Assembly (NCBI RefSeq): GCF_009914755.1
Contig: NC_060925.1
Origin: the human T2T-CHM13v2.0 reference genome, Homo sapiens
DNA: 64,000 bases
Reading direction: 5' to 3' (one strand)
The position numbers and the translations under genes were made by a program. Positions within the stretch are counted from its first letter, which is position 1; each line of letters opens with the position of its first letter. A model generated the notes under the pieces. That model ran no database searches, was not told where the DNA came from, and saw only the letters and a program-made list of their open reading frames with translations. Shown one piece after another: positions 59,801-64,000 of the stretch.

Positions 59801-60425
59801 ATTCATTGAATGGAATCAGATGGAATCATCGAATGGACTGGAATGGAATCATTGAATGGACTCGAAAGGGATCATGATTGAATGGAATTGAATGGAATCA
59901 TCGAATGGTCTCGATTGGAATCATTATCAAATGGAATCGAATGTAATCACCGAATAGAATCGATTGGAACAATCATCGAATGGACTCAAATGGAATTATC
60001 CTCAAATGGAATCGAATGGAATTATCGAATGCAATCGAATGGAATTATCGAATGCAATCGAATAGAATCATCGAATGGACTCGAATGAAATCATCGAATG
60101 GAATGGAATGGAACAGTCAATGAACTCGAATGGAATCATCATTGAATGGAATCGAATGGAATCATCGAGTGGAATCGAATGGAATTATGATCAAATGGAA
60201 TCGAATGTAATCATCATCAAATGGAATCAAAAATAACCATCATCAATTGGTATTGAATGGAATTGTCATCAAATGGAATTCAAAGGAAACATCATCATAT
60301 GGAACCGAATGGAATCCTCATTGAATGGAAATGAAAGGGGTCATCATCTAATGGAATCGCATGGAATCATCATCAAATGGAATCGAATGGAATCATCATC
60401 AAATGGAATCTGATGGAATCATTGA

Positions 60426-62950
60426 ATGGAATCATCATCGAATGAATTGAATGCAATCATCGAATGGTCTCGAATGGAATCATCTTCTAATGGAAAGGAA
60501 TGGAATCATCGCATAGAATCGAATGGAATTATCATCGAATGGAATCGAATGGTATCAACATCAAACGGAAAAAAACGGAATTATCGAATGGAATCGAAGA
60601 GAATCTTCGAACGGACCCGAATGGAATCATCTAATGGAATGGAATGGAATAATCCATGGACTGGAAGGCAATCATCATCGAATGGAATCGAATGGAATCA
60701 TCGAATGGACTCGAATGGAATAATCATTGAACGGAATCGAATGGAATCATCATCGGAATGAAACGAATGGAATCATCATCGAATGGAAATGAAAGGAGTC
60801 ATCATCTAATGGAATTGCATGGAATCATCATAAAATGGAATCGAATGGAATCAACATCAAATGGAATCAAATGGAATCATTGAACGGAATTGAATGGAAT
60901 CGTCATCGAATGAATTGAATGCAATCATCGAATGGTCTCGAATGGAATCATCTTCAAATGGAATGGAATGGAATCATCGCATAGAATCGAATGGAATTAT
61001 CATCGAATGGAATCGAATGGAATCAACATCAAACGGAAAAAAAACGGAATTATCGTATGGAATCGAAGAGAATCATCGAATGGACCCGAATGGAATCATC
61101 TAATGGAATGGAATGGAATAATCCATGGACTCGAATGCAATCATCATCGAACGGAATCGAATGGAATCATCGAATGGACTCGAATGGAATAATCATTGAA
61201 CGGAATCGAATGGAATCATCATCGGATGGAAATGAATGGAATCATCATCGAATGGAATCGAATAGAATTATGGAATGAAATCCAGTGTGATCATCATCGA
61301 ATGGACCCGAATGGAATCATAATCCAACGGAAGCTAATGGAATCAACATCGAATGAATCGAATGGAAACACCATCGAATTGAAACGAATGGAATTATCAT
61401 GAAATTGAAATGGATGGACTCATCATCGAATGGATTCGAATGGAATCATCGAATAAAATTGATTGAAATCATCATCGAATGGAATCGAATGGTATCATTG
61501 AATGGAATCGAATGGAATCATCATCAGATGGAAATGAATGGAATCGTCATAGAATGGAATCGAATGGATTCATTGAATGGAATCAGATGGAATCATCGAA
61601 TGGACTGGAATGGAATCATTGAATGGACTCGAAAGGGATCATGATTGAATGGAATTGAATGGAATCATCGAATGGTCTCAATTGGAATCATTATCAAATG
61701 GAATCGAATGGAATCACCGCATAGAATCGAATGGAACAATCATCGAATGGACTCAAATGGAATTATCCTCAAATGGAATGGAATGTAATTATCGAATGCA
61801 ATCGAATGGAATTATCGAATGCAATCGAATAGAATCATCGAATGGACTCGAATGGAATCATCGAATGGAATGGAATGGAACAGTCAATGAACTCGAATGG
61901 AATCATCATTGAATGGAATCGAATGGAATCATCGAGTGGAATCGAATGGAATTATGATCAAATGGAATCGAATGTAATCATCATCAAATGGAATCAAAAA
62001 TAACCATCATCAATTGGTATTGAATGGAATTGTCATCAAATGGAATTCAAAGGAAACATCATCAAATGGAACCGAATGGAATCCTCATTGAATGGAAATG
62101 AAAGGGGTCATCATCTAATGGAATCGCATGGAATCATCATCAAATGGAATCGAATGGAATCATCATCAAATGGAATCTGATGGAATCATTGAATGGAATC
62201 GTCATCGAATGAATTGAATGCAATCATCGAATGGTCTCGAATGGAATCATCTTCAAATGGAATAGAATGGAATCATCGCATAGAATCGAATGGAATTATC
62301 ATCGAATGGAATCGAATGGAATCAACATCAAACGGAAAAAAAACGGAATTATCGTATGGAATCGAAGAGAATCATCGAATGGACCCGAATGGAATCATCT
62401 AATGGAATGGAATGGAATAATCCATGGACTCGAATGCAATCATCATCGAATGGAATCGAGTGGAATCATCGAATGGACTCGAATGGAATAATCATTGAAC
62501 GGAATCGAATGGAATCATCATCGGATGGAAATGAATGGAATCATCATCGAATGGAATCGAATAGAATTATGGAATGAAATCCAGTGTGATCATCATCGAA
62601 TGGACCCGAATGGAATCATCATCCAACGGAAGCTAATGGAATCAACATCGAATGAATCGAATGGAAACACCATCGAATTGAAACGAATGGAATTATCATG
62701 AAATTGAAATGGATGGACTCATCTTCGAATGGATTCGAATGGAATCATCGAATAAAATTGATTGAAATCATCATCAAATGGAATCGAATGGTATCATTGA
62801 ATGGAATCGAATGGAATCATCATCAGATGGAAATGAATGGAATCGTCATAGAATGGAATCGAATGGATTCATTGAATGGAATCAGATGGAATCATCGAAT
62901 GGACTGGAATGGAATCATTGAATGGACTCGAAAGGGATCATGATTGAATG
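60426..62950 (+). repeat. 1,767-bp unit followed by a single-module copy (1,299-bp period)
   Basis: Both carry a 10-bp deletion (CATTGAATGGAATC at ~60420 and ~62187) and an A8 run GGAAAAAAAACGG (~61034, ~62334). Landmarks 61399 and 62698 are 1,299 bp apart. Confidence 0.8.
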
Positions 62951-63298
62951 GAATTGAATGGAATCATCGAATGGTCTCGATTGGAATCATTATCAAATGG
63001 AATCGAATGGAATCACCGAATAGAATCGAATGGAACTATCATCGAATGGACTCAAATGGAATTATCCTCCAATGGAATGGAATGGAATAATCCATGGACT
63101 CGAATGCAATCATCATCGAATGGAATCGAATGGAATCATCGAATGGACTCGAATGGAATAATCATTGAACGGAATCGAATGGAATCATCTTCGGATGGAA
63201 ACGAATGGCATCATCATCGAACGGAAATGAAAGGAATCATCATCTAATGGAATTGCATGGAATCATCATAAAATGGAATCGAAAGGAATCATCATCAG
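62827..63298 (+). repeat. Doubly deleted 472-bp mini-unit
   Basis: The B block jumps into mid-module at ~63071 (638-bp deletion) and back into the B block at ~63290 (666-bp deletion). 1,776-638-666 = 472, which matches the spacing of CAGATGGAAATG at ~62824 and ~63296. Confidence 0.8.
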
Positions 63299-64000
63299 AT
63301 GGAAATGAATGGAATCGTCATAGAATGGAATCGAATGGATTCATTGAATGGAATCAGATGGAATCATAGAATGGACTGGAATGGAATCATTGAATGGACT
63401 CGAAAGGGATCATTATTGAATGGAATTGAATGGAATCATCGAATGGTCTCGATTGGAATTATTATCAAATGGAATCGAATGGAATCACCGAATAGAATCG
63501 AATGGAACAATCATCGAATGGACTCTAATGGAATTATCCTCCAATGGAATCGAATGGAATTATCGAATGCAATCGAATGGAATTATCGAATGCAATCGAA
63601 TAGAATCATCGAATGGACTCGAATGGAATCATCGAATGGAATGGAATGGAACAGTCAATGAACTCGAATGGAATCATCATTGAATGGAATCGAATGGAAT
63701 CATCGAGTGGAATCGAATGGAATTATGATCAAATGGAATCGAATGTAATCATCATCAAATGGAATCAAAAATAACCATCATCAATTGGTATTGAATGGAA
63801 TTGTCATCAAATGGAATTCAAAGGAAACATCATCAAATGGAACCGAATGGAATCCTCATTGAATGGAAATGAAAGGGGTCATCATCTAATGGAATCGCAT
63901 GGAATCATCATCAAATGGAATCGAATGGAATCATCATCAAGTGGAATCTGATGGAATCATTGAACAGAATTGAATGGAATCGTCATCGAATGAATTGAAT

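Larger units (their letters stand above)
1..64000 (+). repeat. Human satellite II (HSat2/HSATII) tandem array, ~1.776-kb higher-order unit, most likely chromosome 1q12 pericentromeric heterochromatin (HSat2A-type)
   Basis: The entire window consists of degenerate (GGAAT)n with pervasive ATCATCGAATGGAATCGAATGG. Its reverse complement is CCATTCGATTCCATTCGATGAT, the HSat2 signature. A once-per-unit landmark (ATGAAATTGAAATGGATGG) recurs at 2353, 4129, 5905, ... 13765, 15541, 17317, 19093, 20869 with 1,776-bp spacing. One EcoRI site per unit fits the 1.77-kb EcoRI 1q12 satellite. The chromosome assignment is inferred. Confidence 0.96.

Noticed and set aside
24-63683. Roughly 200 short ORFs (e.g. 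repeated 127-aa MESSSNELNAIIEW..., 163-aa MKLKWMDSS...)
   Set aside because: They are low-complexity translations of GGAAT/ATC repeats, overlap in several frames, and are freely broken by stops and frameshifts between copies. No recognisable domain or gene structure.
1-64000. CRISPR-like or other repeat-spacer array
   Set aside because: There are no unique spacers. All intervening sequence is itself satellite, and no cas or other genes are present.
1-64000. HSat3 (e.g. DYZ1 3.6-kb or chr9) assignment suggested by 3.55-3.57-kb periods
   Set aside because: Perfect GGAAT runs are short (about 3 copies) and CATCATCGA motifs dominate, which is HSat2. The ~3.55-kb periods are local dimers of the 1.776-kb unit.

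Overview
The whole 64 kb window is one uninterrupted tandem array of human satellite II (HSat2/HSATII), read on the GAATG (purine-rich) strand. It is built from degenerate GGAAT pentamers rich in TCGA/CATCATCG, which form 23/26-bp subunits. These assemble into a 1,776-bp higher-order unit carrying one EcoRI site, which matches the classic ~1.77-kb chromosome 1q12 pericentromeric satellite (pUC1.77/D1Z1, HSat2A-type). I see no genes, RNA genes, transposons, CRISPR arrays or inversions. All listed ORFs are by-products of the repeat. The informative content is the array architecture. Each unit carries 1-4 copies of an internal 468-bp module, giving unit lengths of about 1,299, 1,776, 2,244 and 2,712 bp. 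There are recent multi-unit duplications (3,552, 3,574 and 2,244 bp) and a dispersed 11,452-bp-offset copy. A shared 666-bp deletion lineage recurs three times. Several indels (10, 23, 26, 94, 140, 147, 221, 638 bp) have junctions in microhomologies. Unit lengths were derived by subtracting coordinates of equivalent landmarks in the ORF track and checked by eye at the junctions. I found no evidence for a novel coding system.
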